Source: Gammaproteobacteria bacterium
GTDB taxonomy: Bacteria > Pseudomonadota > Gammaproteobacteria > Natronospirales > JANNEA01
Reading direction: 5' to 3'
NCBI GenBank assembly: GCA_031388175.1
Contig: JANNEA010000188.1
Span: 1-41,805, forward strand
DNA length: 41,805 nt
Shown: positions 7,255-17,248 of the stretch, piece by piece
Layout: every line of letters begins with the position of its first letter
Numbering within the stretch: position 1 is the first letter of the stretch
Program-made: the position numbers and the translations under genes
Notes under the pieces: model-generated
What the model was told of the DNA's origin: nothing
The model's database searches: none
Seen by the model: the letters and a program-made list of their open reading frames with translations, nothing else

Positions 7255-9904
7255 TTGGTTTTGAGGGAATGCAAGTCCCCCCACGCGATATCCCTAGAGC
7301 CGTCCCCGGGAGGGGTTCCGGTCGCCCCACCGCCCAGCCCTGGGCGTAGTCCACCCCGAGATCCCTGAGCTGTTCGAGGCAGGCCTGGTTCTCAACGCAC
7401 TCGGCCACGGTGGCGACCCCGAGGGCTCCCGCGACCGCCTGGACCGCCCTGACCACCTCCCGGTCCACCCCGGCCGCCCCCACCCCTCGGACGAAGCTGC
7501 CGTCGACCTTCACGAAATCGAGCGGCAGGCGCTTGAGGTAGGTGAACGAGGCGAGCCCGGTGCCGAAGTCGTCCAGCGCCGTCCGGCAGCCCAGCCCCCG
7601 CAGACCACGCAGGAAGCGGGCCGCGGCGTCGAGGTCGGCGATGGCCGAGGTCTCGGTGATCTCGACGCAGAGCCGTTCCGGGGCCACCCCGGCGGTCGCC
7701 AGGGCCTCACGCACGAAGCCGTGGAAGCGCCGGTCGGCCAGAGCCTGACCCGAGAGGTTCACCGCGTACATCCCGGCCACCTCTGGCTGCGACGCGAGCC
7801 AGGCCAACGCCCGCGTCACCACCCAGCGGTCGAGCCGCGGCATCAGACCGTAGCGTTCGGCGGCGGCGACGAAGGCTGCTGGCGCGGTCAGCGTCCCGAT
7901 CGCGTCCAGGTGCCGCAGCAGCAGCTCATGGTGCGCTGCGCGAGCGCCCTGCAGCGATACGATCGGTTGGCGCAACAACACGAAGCGCTCGCCCGGGAGC
8001 GAGACGTGTGCCCGCTCGAGCGTGGCGTCGATGCGCCGCACCCACTCCATGTCCTGGCGCCGGCGCGCGAGCTCGACATCGCCGGCCGCGCTCGCGTGCA
8101 CCCGGTCCCGACCGGCGTCCTTGGCCGCGTAGCAGGCGGTGTCAGCGGCGGCGAGCACTTCGGCCGCTGACACCCGGTCCGTGCCGATCGCGACCGCACC
8201 GATGCTCACGCCGAAGCGGAATACGCGCCCGTCCCATTCGAAGCGCAATCCGGCCACCGCCGCGCGCAACTCCTCGGCGATGCGTGCGGCACGGCTGAAC
8301 TCGCAATCGGGCAGCAGCACGCCAAACTCGTCGCCGCCCAGCCGCGCGATCGTGGCCGCGGGCGGCACCGCCTCACGCAGCGTGGCGCCGAGCCGCATCA
8401 GCAGCGCATCGCCGGCGGCATGGCCACAGCTGTCGTTGAGGATCTTGAACTGGTCGAGGTCGAGATACAGGAAGGCGTGCGCGCGCCCGTCGCGCTTGGC
8501 GCTCGACACCGCACGGGCGAGACGCGCGTCGAGCTCACGACGATTGATCAGGCCGGTCAGCGGGTCGTGGCTGGCCTGATGCGCCAGGCGCTCGCGCAGT
8601 GCACGGGCTTCGCTCACGTCGCGGAACACGACCACCACGCCACTATCGTGCCCGTCATCGACGCTCGCGCTGCGCGCCGCGAGCGGCGCGACCGTGCCAG
8701 CGACGAAGCGCACGGCGCCACTACCCACGCAGCCGAGCGGCGCTTCCGCCAACGGCAGCGCACTGCCGAGCAGCACGCAGCGTTCGAGCGCACGACCGAG
8801 CGTGGCACCGAGCGGCACCACCTCCTCCACTGGCCGGCCGAGGCTCTGTGCTGCGGTGGCGCCTATCAAGCGTTCGGCCGCCGAGTTGAGGTACTCCACT
8901 CGGCCACTGCCATCCACCCTGACCACGCCCTCGGCGATCGCGGCGAGCGTGGTGCGCATGCGCGCATGTTCGGCGGCGAGCTCGGCCTCGACCCGTTGCT
9001 GCGCGCTCACGTCCAGCACGGTGCCGACTGCGCGCTTGAGCTGGCCCTGCTCGCCGCGCGAAGCCTGGAAGCGGACCCAGGCCCAGAAGCGGCTGCCGTC
9101 CTTGCGCCGTGCGCGGAAGGTCTCGTCGAAGTGGTCGGTGGCGCCGTCGAAGTGCGCCGATATCGCGCGTTCCACTTGGGTGAGATCAGCGGGATCCACG
9201 AGGTCGTGCCACAGCGCGGCTTCCGGCGGATCGCCGGCCTGATAACCGAACAACGCCCGCAGCCGCGGCGACCATTCGATGCGACCGGCTTCCAGGTCCC
9301 ATTCGAACCAGCCGGCAGCGGCGCCATGCACGGTGAGCGCCAGGCGTTCCTCGGCGCGGGCTGCGGCAGTGCGCGCAGCATCCAGCCGCCGTTCCGCGCC
9401 GATCCGCACCGCGGCCAGCGTGAGCAGCGCGCGTTCGGCCATGTCCGGGGCCGGCGCCGCGGCGTCGAGACAGAGCCCGAGCACCGTGGTGCGGGTCGAA
9501 TCCAGGGCGACCACCGTGAGCCGGCCGAGGCCTGAGCGGGCCAGCAGCACCCCATCCTCGGTGCTGTCGCCGCGGGCCACGCTGGCCAGCCCGCAGCGCC
9601 TTAGCTGGTGGGCAAGCTCCGGCAGCGCATCGGCCGACCATTGACGGGCGTCGAGCAGCGCACCTGCACCGCAGGCGCTCATGACCACGCGCCAGGCTGC
9701 GGCCGGCGCGTCCAGTTCAGCGATGAACGCCGTCTCAGCCTCACAGGCCAGCGCCACGGCGTGCAGCGCCTCGGCCTGGGTCGCGTCGTGCTTCAGCGCA
9801 TGCAGTCGCTGCGCCAGGCGCACGATGCGGGCGCGCCGCGGGCGCGGCAGTGCAGCGATGAGGGGTTCGGCCGCGAACGGCCGCGAGGCAGGCATCCTTG
9901 CCAT
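7247..9904 (-). CDS. PAS-PAS-GGDEF-EAL diguanylate cyclase/phosphodiesterase
   Basis: HDPLTGLINR, DLDQFK, RLGGDEF, ELLLR, EITET, DDFGTG, KVDGSF, QGW. AAGGAGG RBS upstream of the start. Confidence 0.93.
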   Translation of the reverse strand: MARMPASRPFAAEPLIAALPRPRRARIVRLAQRLHALKHDATQAEALHAVALACEAETAFIAELDAPAAAWRVVMSACGAGALLDARQWSADALPELAHQLRRCGLASVARGDSTEDGVLLARSGLGRLTVVALDSTRTTVLGLCLDAAAPAPDMAERALLTLAAVRIGAERRLDAARTAAARAEERLALTVHGAAAGWFEWDLEAGRIEWSPRLRALFGYQAGDPPEAALWHDLVDPADLTQVERAISAHFDGATDHFDETFRARRKDGSRFWAWVRFQASRGEQGQLKRAVGTVLDVSAQQRVEAELAAEHARMRTTLAAIAEGVVRVDGSGRVEYLNSAAERLIGATAAQSLGRPVEEVVPLGATLGRALERCVLLGSALPLAEAPLGCVGSGAVRFVAGTVAPLAARSASVDDGHDSGVVVVFRDVSEARALRERLAHQASHDPLTGLINRRELDARLARAVSSAKRDGRAHAFLYLDLDQFKILNDSCGHAAGDALLMRLGATLREAVPPAATIARLGGDEFGVLLPDCEFSRAARIAEELRAAVAGLRFEWDGRVFRFGVSIGAVAIGTDRVSAAEVLAAADTACYAAKDAGRDRVHASAAGDVELARRRQDMEWVRRIDATLERAHVSLPGERFVLLRQPIVSLQGARAAHHELLLRHLDAIGTLTAPAAFVAAAERYGLMPRLDRWVVTRALAWLASQPEVAGMYAVNLSGQALADRRFHGFVREALATAGVAPERLCVEITETSAIADLDAAARFLRGLRGLGCRTALDDFGTGLASFTYLKRLPLDFVKVDGSFVRGVGAAGVDREVVRAVQAVAGALGVATVAECVENQACLEQLRDLGVDYAQGWAVGRPEPLPGTALGISRGGTCIPSKPTV

Positions 9905-10028
9905 GGTGACCTCCTTGTCACGACGACGGTCTGAACCTACCTGCAGGCAGCGGTCGACCGCAAGGCCCTACTTCCGAAAGAGGGTACTGGATGAATCAGC
10001 AGGCTCTGGCCGCGATGACAGCCCGTGG

Positions 10029-11555
10029 CTACAACCCGAAGAAGCGCCGCACCCGGTTCAACAGGTCGCCCGCCGACGCGTCGACCGCGCCGGTGACGCC
10101 GCGGCTGGCGAGCGCGGTCGCGACCGTGCTGCGCCGGCTCTCGAGCACCGGTGCGATGTGCTCGGCGAGCTCGGGGCGCGCCTTGATGATGCGGCCGAAG
10201 GCCGCACGGTCGAGCCGGTAGCACTCACAGTCGGTGCGGGCGACCACGGTCGCCGCGCGCGGTGCGCCGGTCATCAGGCCCATCTCGCCGAAGAACGCCG
10301 GCGCGACCAGCCCGCCGATCGGCGTGCGCCCGCCGCCGTCGTGCTCGACGAACACCTCGGCCTCGCCGACCACCAGCAGATAGAGCCAATGCGCCTCGGC
10401 GCCCTGGCGGGTGATCGTGTCACCGGCAGCGAACGGCGCGAAGGTCAGGCCCTCGGCTGCCAATGCCAGCTCGGCGTCGTTCAGGGCGCGGAACAGGTCG
10501 ACGCCGTGCAGCGCGGCGAGCCGGCGCTCGGTCTCGCGGGCGCGCACCGCATCGCGATGGCTCTGGTCTTCGCTGACGGTGTGGACGTTGAACTCGGGCA
10601 CCGCGATCCGGATGCCCCCGCGCTGCAGCGCGGCCAGCACGTGGATGCGCACGCGGGTGTCGGTGCCGTCATCGGCCTCGATGTTGGTCAGGAAGTAGCG
10701 CAGCCCGTAGTGGCCCGACCCCGCCTCGAGGTCGAGCAGCACGCAGCTCGGCAGCGGGATGCGCGCGACGCCGTCGATCTCGGCCTCGGCCACCGCGCGC
10801 TCGGTGATCTCGATCACGCGGCTCGGCGGGTGCTCGTAGCCGATGCGGAAGTGGATCCAGCGCCGCCATTGCACCGACTGGTTGCGGCGCCGACCGATGA
10901 TGCTGAAGCGGGTCTTCACCAGCACGCCGTTGGGGATCGCCACGGTCTCCCAGTTGCGGGTCTCGACCTGGGTCGAGCGCCAGCCGATGTCGACCACGCG
11001 GCCCACCACGTCATCGATCTTTATCCAGTCGCCGACCTCGATCGAGCGGTCGGCCTGCAACGCCATGCCGCCGAGCACGTTGCCGAGCGTGTCCTGCATC
11101 GAGAACGCCAGGATCGCGGTGATCACCGCCGAGGTCGCGACCAGGCTGCCGAGGTCAAGCCCGGCGTAGCGCAGCCGCACCATCACCCAGGCGAGGTAGC
11201 CGATTGTGACGACCATGTCCTCGAGGAAGTGCGTCGTGTTGGTGCGCAGCAGCGGCAACAGCACGCGGAACAACACGAAGCCCCACAGCCGGATGATCGC
11301 AAGACCAGCGGCGAGCACCGCCGCCTCGCGCAGCATCTCCGGGCCGCGGGGCAGACCGAGCGCGTGGCCCACGCCGGCCGCGCACTGCGCAGCGAAGGCC
11401 AAGCCCCAGAAGATGAGCGTGTTGCGCACCTGCGGCCGCTCGCCGAGCGGCAGCTTGAGCCACAGCAGCAAGCTCAGGCCGGCAACCATCAGCACGGCGA
11501 AGCCGGTGCCGGCGGGCCAGGCGTGTTCGATCGCGGTGGCGAGGAAATCCTGCAT
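10029..11555 (-). CDS. MscS-family mechanosensitive channel with C-terminal cNMP-binding domain
   Basis: AFSMQDTLGNVLGG, GDWIKI, IGWRST, IPNG; C-terminal FFGEMGLMTGAPRAATV. Confidence 0.92.
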   Translation of the reverse strand: MQDFLATAIEHAWPAGTGFAVLMVAGLSLLLWLKLPLGERPQVRNTLIFWGLAFAAQCAAGVGHALGLPRGPEMLREAAVLAAGLAIIRLWGFVLFRVLLPLLRTNTTHFLEDMVVTIGYLAWVMVRLRYAGLDLGSLVATSAVITAILAFSMQDTLGNVLGGMALQADRSIEVGDWIKIDDVVGRVVDIGWRSTQVETRNWETVAIPNGVLVKTRFSIIGRRRNQSVQWRRWIHFRIGYEHPPSRVIEITERAVAEAEIDGVARIPLPSCVLLDLEAGSGHYGLRYFLTNIEADDGTDTRVRIHVLAALQRGGIRIAVPEFNVHTVSEDQSHRDAVRARETERRLAALHGVDLFRALNDAELALAAEGLTFAPFAAGDTITRQGAEAHWLYLLVVGEAEVFVEHDGGGRTPIGGLVAPAFFGEMGLMTGAPRAATVVARTDCECYRLDRAAFGRIIKARPELAEHIAPVLESRRSTVATALASRGVTGAVDASAGDLLNRVRRFFGL

Positions 11556-11583
11556 CGGCCCAGTCTACAGCCGGTCGACGGCC

Positions 11584-12267
11584 TCAGGCCCGCAGGATCC
11601 CGCCCCAACGACCGAGCGACAGCAGGGCCATCGCGGCACCGGCGACGTAGGTGAAGGCCGCCGCGCGCAGGATGCTGCGCGCTGCCGGGTAGTCCGCGGA
11701 TTTGAGGTCGCCGCCGGCCACCAGCAGCGGCAGCGCCTTGCCGAACGAGGCGTCGAGCTCGACCGGCAGGGTCGCGACATGGACCACGACCGCGAGCAGA
11801 AAGCCGAGCGCGCCGACGCCGGCCGCGACCAGCAGCACCATGGGCGAGCGCGCCACCAACGCCAGCAGCGGTGCAGCGATGAACAGCACGATGCCGGCAC
11901 GCTGCGCGACCAGCGCCAGTTTGGCGAGCTCGATGCGGAAGCCGAAGCCGACCTCTTGCGCCGCGTGCTGCATCGCGTGGCCGACCTCGTGGGCCGCGAC
12001 CACCACCGCGGTCAGCGACCGCGATTGCATGCGCTCGGGTGCCAGCCGCACCGCCTGTGCCAGCGGATCGTAGTGATCGCCCTCCGGACCGGCCTGCTCG
12101 ACCTTCACTGCCGGCAGACCGACGCGATCGAGGAAGCGGCGGGCCGCTTGTGCGCCGCTGATGCCGTAGGTCTGGTCGCGGCCGTGGCGCGCGAGCACGC
12201 GCCGCACCCACAGGCCGGGCAACCCGGCGGCCAGCAACAACAGGAGCAGGAACAGAGCCGCGCGCAT
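11584..12267 (-). CDS. Neutral zinc metallopeptidase (YugP/Zn_peptidase_2-like), membrane
   Basis: DHYDP, AAHEVGHAMQH, TLPVELDAS, AAAFTYVA. Confidence 0.9.
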   Translation of the reverse strand: MRAALFLLLLLLAAGLPGLWVRRVLARHGRDQTYGISGAQAARRFLDRVGLPAVKVEQAGPEGDHYDPLAQAVRLAPERMQSRSLTAVVVAAHEVGHAMQHAAQEVGFGFRIELAKLALVAQRAGIVLFIAAPLLALVARSPMVLLVAAGVGALGFLLAVVVHVATLPVELDASFGKALPLLVAGGDLKSADYPAARSILRAAAFTYVAGAAMALLSLGRWGGILRA

Positions 12268-12270
12268 CGC

Positions 12271-13536
12271 TCAGCGCCAGAGCTGGATCGCGTCGCGGAA
12301 CCGGGCAGCCGAGAAGCGGTTCTCGTCCGCGGTCGCGGCGTAAAGCGCATCGAGTGCGACGGTGCGCTTGGCGCAGGACAGGGTCGCCGCGTCGTTGCAC
12401 AGCAAGGCCAGGCCCAGCACCACCTGCTCGGCCAGCGCGTAGTCGGTCACGCCGCTCTGCAGCCCGAGGTCACGCAGCGCGCGCTCGAGCGCGATCACCT
12501 GCGTCGGCGTGACCGGCGCCACAGTGAAACGCGCGGTGCCGCGCTCGATGCGTTCAGCCAACGCTGCCGCAACCGCGCCAGCCTTGCGCCGATTTGCCTG
12601 ACTCGCGGCGTGCAGCTCGACGATGCCGTTGAGCAGCGCGCCACCTTCGCCAGGCTCGAGCGCACCGAACAGCGCGCGCGTCATCACCAGCGCCGAGTCG
12701 TCGATGCGCACGCGTCCCGGCGCGAGCAGCGTGAGCTCAGGCCTGGCGCGCGGCCGGTGGTCGTTCATCGGGTGATGGCAGGCCTGGCAGTCGAAGCTCG
12801 AGAGCTCCGGGAACGGCGCATCGCTCTCGGCGTCAGTCGCGAGGATGTCGAGCATGCGCACCGCTGCGGCCGCCTGGCCGATGAGCCAGTTGTTCACCGG
12901 TGACGTGATCGTCTTGCGCCTGGCGTAGGCCTCGTCCGGACGGTGGTGGTAGGGCTCGAGCACCATGAAGGTGTCGATCTCGAAGCTCAGGCGCGGATGC
13001 CCCGCCGCCATCATCGCGTGCGTCGCACGCCGGCTGTCATCGCCGCGATGGCAGTCGAGGCAGCGCTCCACGCGTTGGCGCGGGTCCACCATGTCGGCCA
13101 TGCCGGCGGCCAGGTTCGCCGCATGTGCCCGACCCGGCTGGGCATGGCTCTCGATCCAGCGGCTCGCGCCGCCATGGCAGGCCTCGCAGCCCACGCCATC
13201 GCTCAGCTGGAAGGTCGGGCCACGCTGCTCGGACGAAACGTTGTCGGTGTGGCAGTCGAGGCAGACCTTGGCCGTGGACGCGTCGGCCAAGCCCATCACC
13301 AGTGCCATCGCCTTCGCCTTGTCGCCAGCGAGCGTCTCGAAGGCCTTGGCGTGACGGTCGCGCGTGCTCCAGACCACATACTCGTTGAGCGGCACCGCCG
13401 GCGTGGGGTTCGCCACCACCGCGCCGTGGCAGACGCTGTTGGCGCAGCTGCCGACGCCGAGGTGGCGATCGACGGCCCCCGTCGCGCCGCGCGGAAGCGC
13501 GGCGAGCACCAGCACCAGGATCGTTGCGCGCATCAT
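12271..13536 (-). CDS. Periplasmic multiheme cytochrome c (c554-like N-terminus)
   Basis: Signal peptide; CANSVCH (CX4CH), CLDCH, CEACH, CLDCH, CQACH; ATGA overlap with the upstream gene. Confidence 0.88.
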   Translation of the reverse strand: MMRATILVLVLAALPRGATGAVDRHLGVGSCANSVCHGAVVANPTPAVPLNEYVVWSTRDRHAKAFETLAGDKAKAMALVMGLADASTAKVCLDCHTDNVSSEQRGPTFQLSDGVGCEACHGGASRWIESHAQPGRAHAANLAAGMADMVDPRQRVERCLDCHRGDDSRRATHAMMAAGHPRLSFEIDTFMVLEPYHHRPDEAYARRKTITSPVNNWLIGQAAAAVRMLDILATDAESDAPFPELSSFDCQACHHPMNDHRPRARPELTLLAPGRVRIDDSALVMTRALFGALEPGEGGALLNGIVELHAASQANRRKAGAVAAALAERIERGTARFTVAPVTPTQVIALERALRDLGLQSGVTDYALAEQVVLGLALLCNDAATLSCAKRTVALDALYAATADENRFSAARFRDAIQLWR

Positions 13537-16500
13537 TTGCCGCCGCCGGCGCTGCGTGCGCCCTTCGCCGGTGCTGGAGCGTCGTCGGTGAACCATGGCT
13601 TCATCATGCGATCGAGGTAGATGCGCCTCAACTCATCGCCGCGCAACGGCCGCGCGCCCAGGCGGCCGAACAGCGCGATCTGGTTGCCGGACTCATCCGC
13701 GCCGCGGTCGCGCTCGAGGCCCTCGGACAAGGCCAGCGCCGGATAGCGCGTCTTGCGCCAGGCGATGAGCTTAGGCGCAGGCGTGGGGCTGAAACCGTAG
13801 AAGTTGGGTTGCGTGTCGGGCGCCGTGAGCTGCAGCACCTTCAGGCCCGCCGCGCCGTCGGCGACGTAGGCGAAGGACGAGGCGTTGGTCGCGCCGAGCA
13901 CCACGTCGCGCACGTCCTTGAGCGCGCCGTCGGCGGTGTAGAGCGTGAGCAGCCGCATCTTGCGTGGCGTCTCGATATCCACGATCGCGAGTCCATCGGG
14001 TCCATCGGCGACGTAGGCGTAAGTGCGTGCAAGGTAGATGCGCCCAGCGTGGGCGAGCGGCACGCGCGCCTCGGGCACGAGCTGCGGGTTGCGCGGGTCG
14101 GTCACATCCACCAACGCCAGGCCCTTTGCGTCCGTCACCCACAGATAGCGGAACTGCAACGCGCTCGCGCGCGCATCGTCCATCGGCAGCGTCGCCACCA
14201 GCTTCGGCTGCAGCGGGTCATCGATGTCGAGCACCACCAGGCCGGCAGCGGCGGTGATGTAGAGGAAGCGGCCGCCGATCGTCAGATGCCGCGCACCCTT
14301 GAGCACGCCGCCCTCGTTCCAGGTCAGCGCGCGCTCGAGGACGTTGTTGCGGGGCTCGCCGTCGGCGAAAGCGTCGATGTCGACCAGGATGAGGCCTTCC
14401 TGGGCATCGGTGATGAACGCGTAGCTGAACAGCGGATGGAAGGGCTGCTCCTGGTTCGCGACGCGCATCAGGTCGCCCTGGTTGCGTGGCGGATGGATCG
14501 GCTGGGTGCTCGGCAGCACCACGCAGGTCGCCTCGCGGCTCTTGAGCCTGGAGTCGTGACCGATGCCGCTGAACGGCGCGGTGATGATCTTCTGCGCCAC
14601 GCCCTTGTTGTCGATCGAGGCCACGTCATAGACGCGCATCCCGCCCGCGCCTTCGGCCGCGAACAGGTACTCGCCTCTGAGCTGCAGGCAGCGCACCGGG
14701 CCGCCGGCGCCGTGGTCCTGCTCCACCTGCAGTTCCCGGCCGCGCGTCGCGTGCGCCGCGTACCAGTCGGGATAGGCGTAGCGATGCAGGTAGCTGCCGA
14801 TGACCGCCTGCGGTTCGTCCCATTCGGTCACCGCCACCGCCTGCAGGCCACCGTCGCCGCCGACCCAGGCGTGGCGGCCGATGAAGTTGATGTAGTTGGT
14901 CCCCTGCAGCAGCAGCTGGGCCATGATCGCGTTGTTGTCGTCAGCGCGTGACAGATGGCAGTCGCTGCAGGTCTTGGTCTCGGTCTTGCGCTCGGTGTGC
15001 GGGTAATGGGTGTTCAGCACCTGCGAGGAATAGCCGGCGGCCGAGATCGGTGCCTGCTGCACGTAGATCCGCTCGCGGTTGGCGTTGGTGGACGACAGCA
15101 CCAGCGCCGACGACGAGCGCACTGGCGCGACCTTGTTGCCCTGCGGCGTGCCGTTGATGCCGAGCATGAACATGTCGTCGCGCGCGACCTGCGGGTTGTA
15201 AGTGGCGAAATTGCGCGACTCGCCGCCCTCGTAATGGTGGCGCGCGGTCTTCCAGTTCGCCTCGATCGGCAAGTGGCAGCCGCCGCAACTGGTGGTCCAC
15301 GAGGTGTGGCAGGTGTAGCACTCGAGCTTCTCGTCGCTGTGGGCAAGCTCGGTCGGCGCCACGCCCTGGCCCCAGCCCTGCTTCGCGGTGTCCGTGCTCA
15401 TCAGCTTGGCGCGCGCGGCCTTGGCGTTGTAGCCGGGGCTCCTGGGGTCCACCGAGTCTTTCACCAGGCTCATGGTCCACTCGCGGCCGGGGTCCAGCAT
15501 CGAGCGCTGCACCAGCTTCGCGCCCAGCCACTCGAAGCGCCGGCGGCCATCCGGGTTGCGCAGCAGCGCGAGGTCGGTGCCACCCGCAGTCGCCGCGGTG
15601 CCGGAGCTGCGCAGCGTGGGGTACTTGTCCACGGTGCCGTGGCAGTCCTTGCAGTCGATCTCGACCGCGGCCGCGACCTCGCCGATGAGGTGGCCGTCGC
15701 CATGCGCGTCCAGTGAGAAATGGCAGTCCACGCAATGCATGCCGACGTCGACATGCACCGACGACAGGTGCACCGCCTTCTCGAACTTCTTCGGATCGTC
15801 GGCCGAGACCTTGGCGCCCTTGGCGTCGAGCAGCTCGCCCTTGCGGTCGCGCTTGAACACGCCGCGGAAGTTCCAGCCGTGGCCATGGTAGTCGGCGAAC
15901 TGTGTGTCGACCAACGTCGGGTTCATGTCGGCGACCGCCGACAGGAACTTGAGCTCACCCCACAGGCCGCGCGCCGCAGCCGCTTCAGGGTTGCGGTCGT
16001 TGATGCGGCGGACAGTGGCGTCGTCGGGGTAGCGCTGCTCGGCCGGCCACATCTTCGGCGCGTCGGACTCGTAGTCCCACATCGTGTAGCCGAGGAAAGT
16101 GTTCATGAACATGTTCGGCTGATGCATGTGGCAGATCATGCATTGGCTGGTCGGGATGGCGCGGGTGAAGGCGTGCTGCAACGGGTGGCCCGGCTGGTCG
16201 CGGGGGATCGTCGGATCGGACTGCGTGCTCAAGCCGCCGTGACCGCTCGCGGCGTAGGGCCCGGAGTGGCGCGGGTCGCGATCGTTCGCGTAGACCACAT
16301 GGCAGCCCGCGCAGCCCGAGGACCGGTAGTCGCCGGGCTGGTCGTTGGTGCCGAGGAACCACATGTTCGGGTCGTTGAGCCGGGTCTTGTGGATGTTCAG
16401 CACCGGGATCGCGACGCGCGCGCCGGTGCCCGGGCCGCGGATGCTCTGCTTGAGGTCCGGTCTTCCGGGTTCGTCGAGCCGCTGCAGCTGACCGCTCGAG

Positions 16501-17246
16501 TTCGGCAGGCCGGTCTCGGGAAAGCTGCTGCTGATCACGCGCCCGCCGCGTTCGAACACGCGGAAGATGTCGCCCGGCGGCACGGTCTCCCAGGCCGGCA
16601 GCGGCGCGAGCGAGGGCAACGCGCCGCGCGCGCGTGCCGCATCATCGAGCGGCAAGGCGGGCGTGAGCGCCGCGGGTTCGCCGTCGCGTGTATACGCCTC
16701 GCCGAGGATGTAGTTCTTGTACGGCAAGATGCCGTTCGCGTACGACGCACCACCCCAGAGCATCGCGCTGGTGGCCATCAAGCTGCGCTCGGCCTTGACG
16801 ATCGTGTCAAGGTGGCAGCTGCCACAGGCCTCGCGCGCCACGCGGTAATCCGAGGGGTTCATGAAGCGGATGAACTCCGGGCTCTCCTGGTTGATCGCCG
16901 CGTAGCTGCGCTCCGGGTTCGCGCCGCGGGTGGCGGCCCAGACCCCGGGATCGCGCGGCCACACGTGCGCCGCCTTGAGCGCCGCGTCGTAGCCCGGCGT
17001 ACCGGCCGCGGTGCCCGCGGCGCGCACCACGCCAGCGTCGCCGCCGTGGCAATCGGTACAGCCGAGTTGCACCGCCGGGTTGCGGTGCATGGACGGCGCG
17101 TCGGTCGGTGCATGGCAACTCACGCAGCCCACGCTCTTGGCCGCGGCCTCGGCCGGCATCTGGCTGTGCGGTGCGGGCGGCGCCGCCGCGCCTGCGCCGA
17201 CGGCGGTCGTCGCACAGAGGATCGCGATGAGGAGCGCGGCGCGCAT
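13533..17246 (-). CDS. Large decaheme cytochrome c with C-terminal LVIVD-repeat beta-propeller
   Basis: Signal peptide; 10 CXXCH; repeats such as GLVVLDIDDPLQP, GLALVDVTDPRNP and YAYVADGPDGLAIVD. Confidence 0.88.
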   Translation of the reverse strand: MRAALLIAILCATTAVGAGAAAPPAPHSQMPAEAAAKSVGCVSCHAPTDAPSMHRNPAVQLGCTDCHGGDAGVVRAAGTAAGTPGYDAALKAAHVWPRDPGVWAATRGANPERSYAAINQESPEFIRFMNPSDYRVAREACGSCHLDTIVKAERSLMATSAMLWGGASYANGILPYKNYILGEAYTRDGEPAALTPALPLDDAARARGALPSLAPLPAWETVPPGDIFRVFERGGRVISSSFPETGLPNSSGQLQRLDEPGRPDLKQSIRGPGTGARVAIPVLNIHKTRLNDPNMWFLGTNDQPGDYRSSGCAGCHVVYANDRDPRHSGPYAASGHGGLSTQSDPTIPRDQPGHPLQHAFTRAIPTSQCMICHMHQPNMFMNTFLGYTMWDYESDAPKMWPAEQRYPDDATVRRINDRNPEAAAARGLWGELKFLSAVADMNPTLVDTQFADYHGHGWNFRGVFKRDRKGELLDAKGAKVSADDPKKFEKAVHLSSVHVDVGMHCVDCHFSLDAHGDGHLIGEVAAAVEIDCKDCHGTVDKYPTLRSSGTAATAGGTDLALLRNPDGRRRFEWLGAKLVQRSMLDPGREWTMSLVKDSVDPRSPGYNAKAARAKLMSTDTAKQGWGQGVAPTELAHSDEKLECYTCHTSWTTSCGGCHLPIEANWKTARHHYEGGESRNFATYNPQVARDDMFMLGINGTPQGNKVAPVRSSSALVLSSTNANRERIYVQQAPISAAGYSSQVLNTHYPHTERKTETKTCSDCHLSRADDNNAIMAQLLLQGTNYINFIGRHAWVGGDGGLQAVAVTEWDEPQAVIGSYLHRYAYPDWYAAHATRGRELQVEQDHGAGGPVRCLQLRGEYLFAAEGAGGMRVYDVASIDNKGVAQKIITAPFSGIGHDSRLKSREATCVVLPSTQPIHPPRNQGDLMRVANQEQPFHPLFSYAFITDAQEGLILVDIDAFADGEPRNNVLERALTWNEGGVLKGARHLTIGGRFLYITAAAGLVVLDIDDPLQPKLVATLPMDDARASALQFRYLWVTDAKGLALVDVTDPRNPQLVPEARVPLAHAGRIYLARTYAYVADGPDGLAIVDIETPRKMRLLTLYTADGALKDVRDVVLGATNASSFAYVADGAAGLKVLQLTAPDTQPNFYGFSPTPAPKLIAWRKTRYPALALSEGLERDRGADESGNQIALFGRLGARPLRGDELRRIYLDRMMKPWFTDDAPAPAKGARSAGGGK

Positions 17247-17248
17247 GG

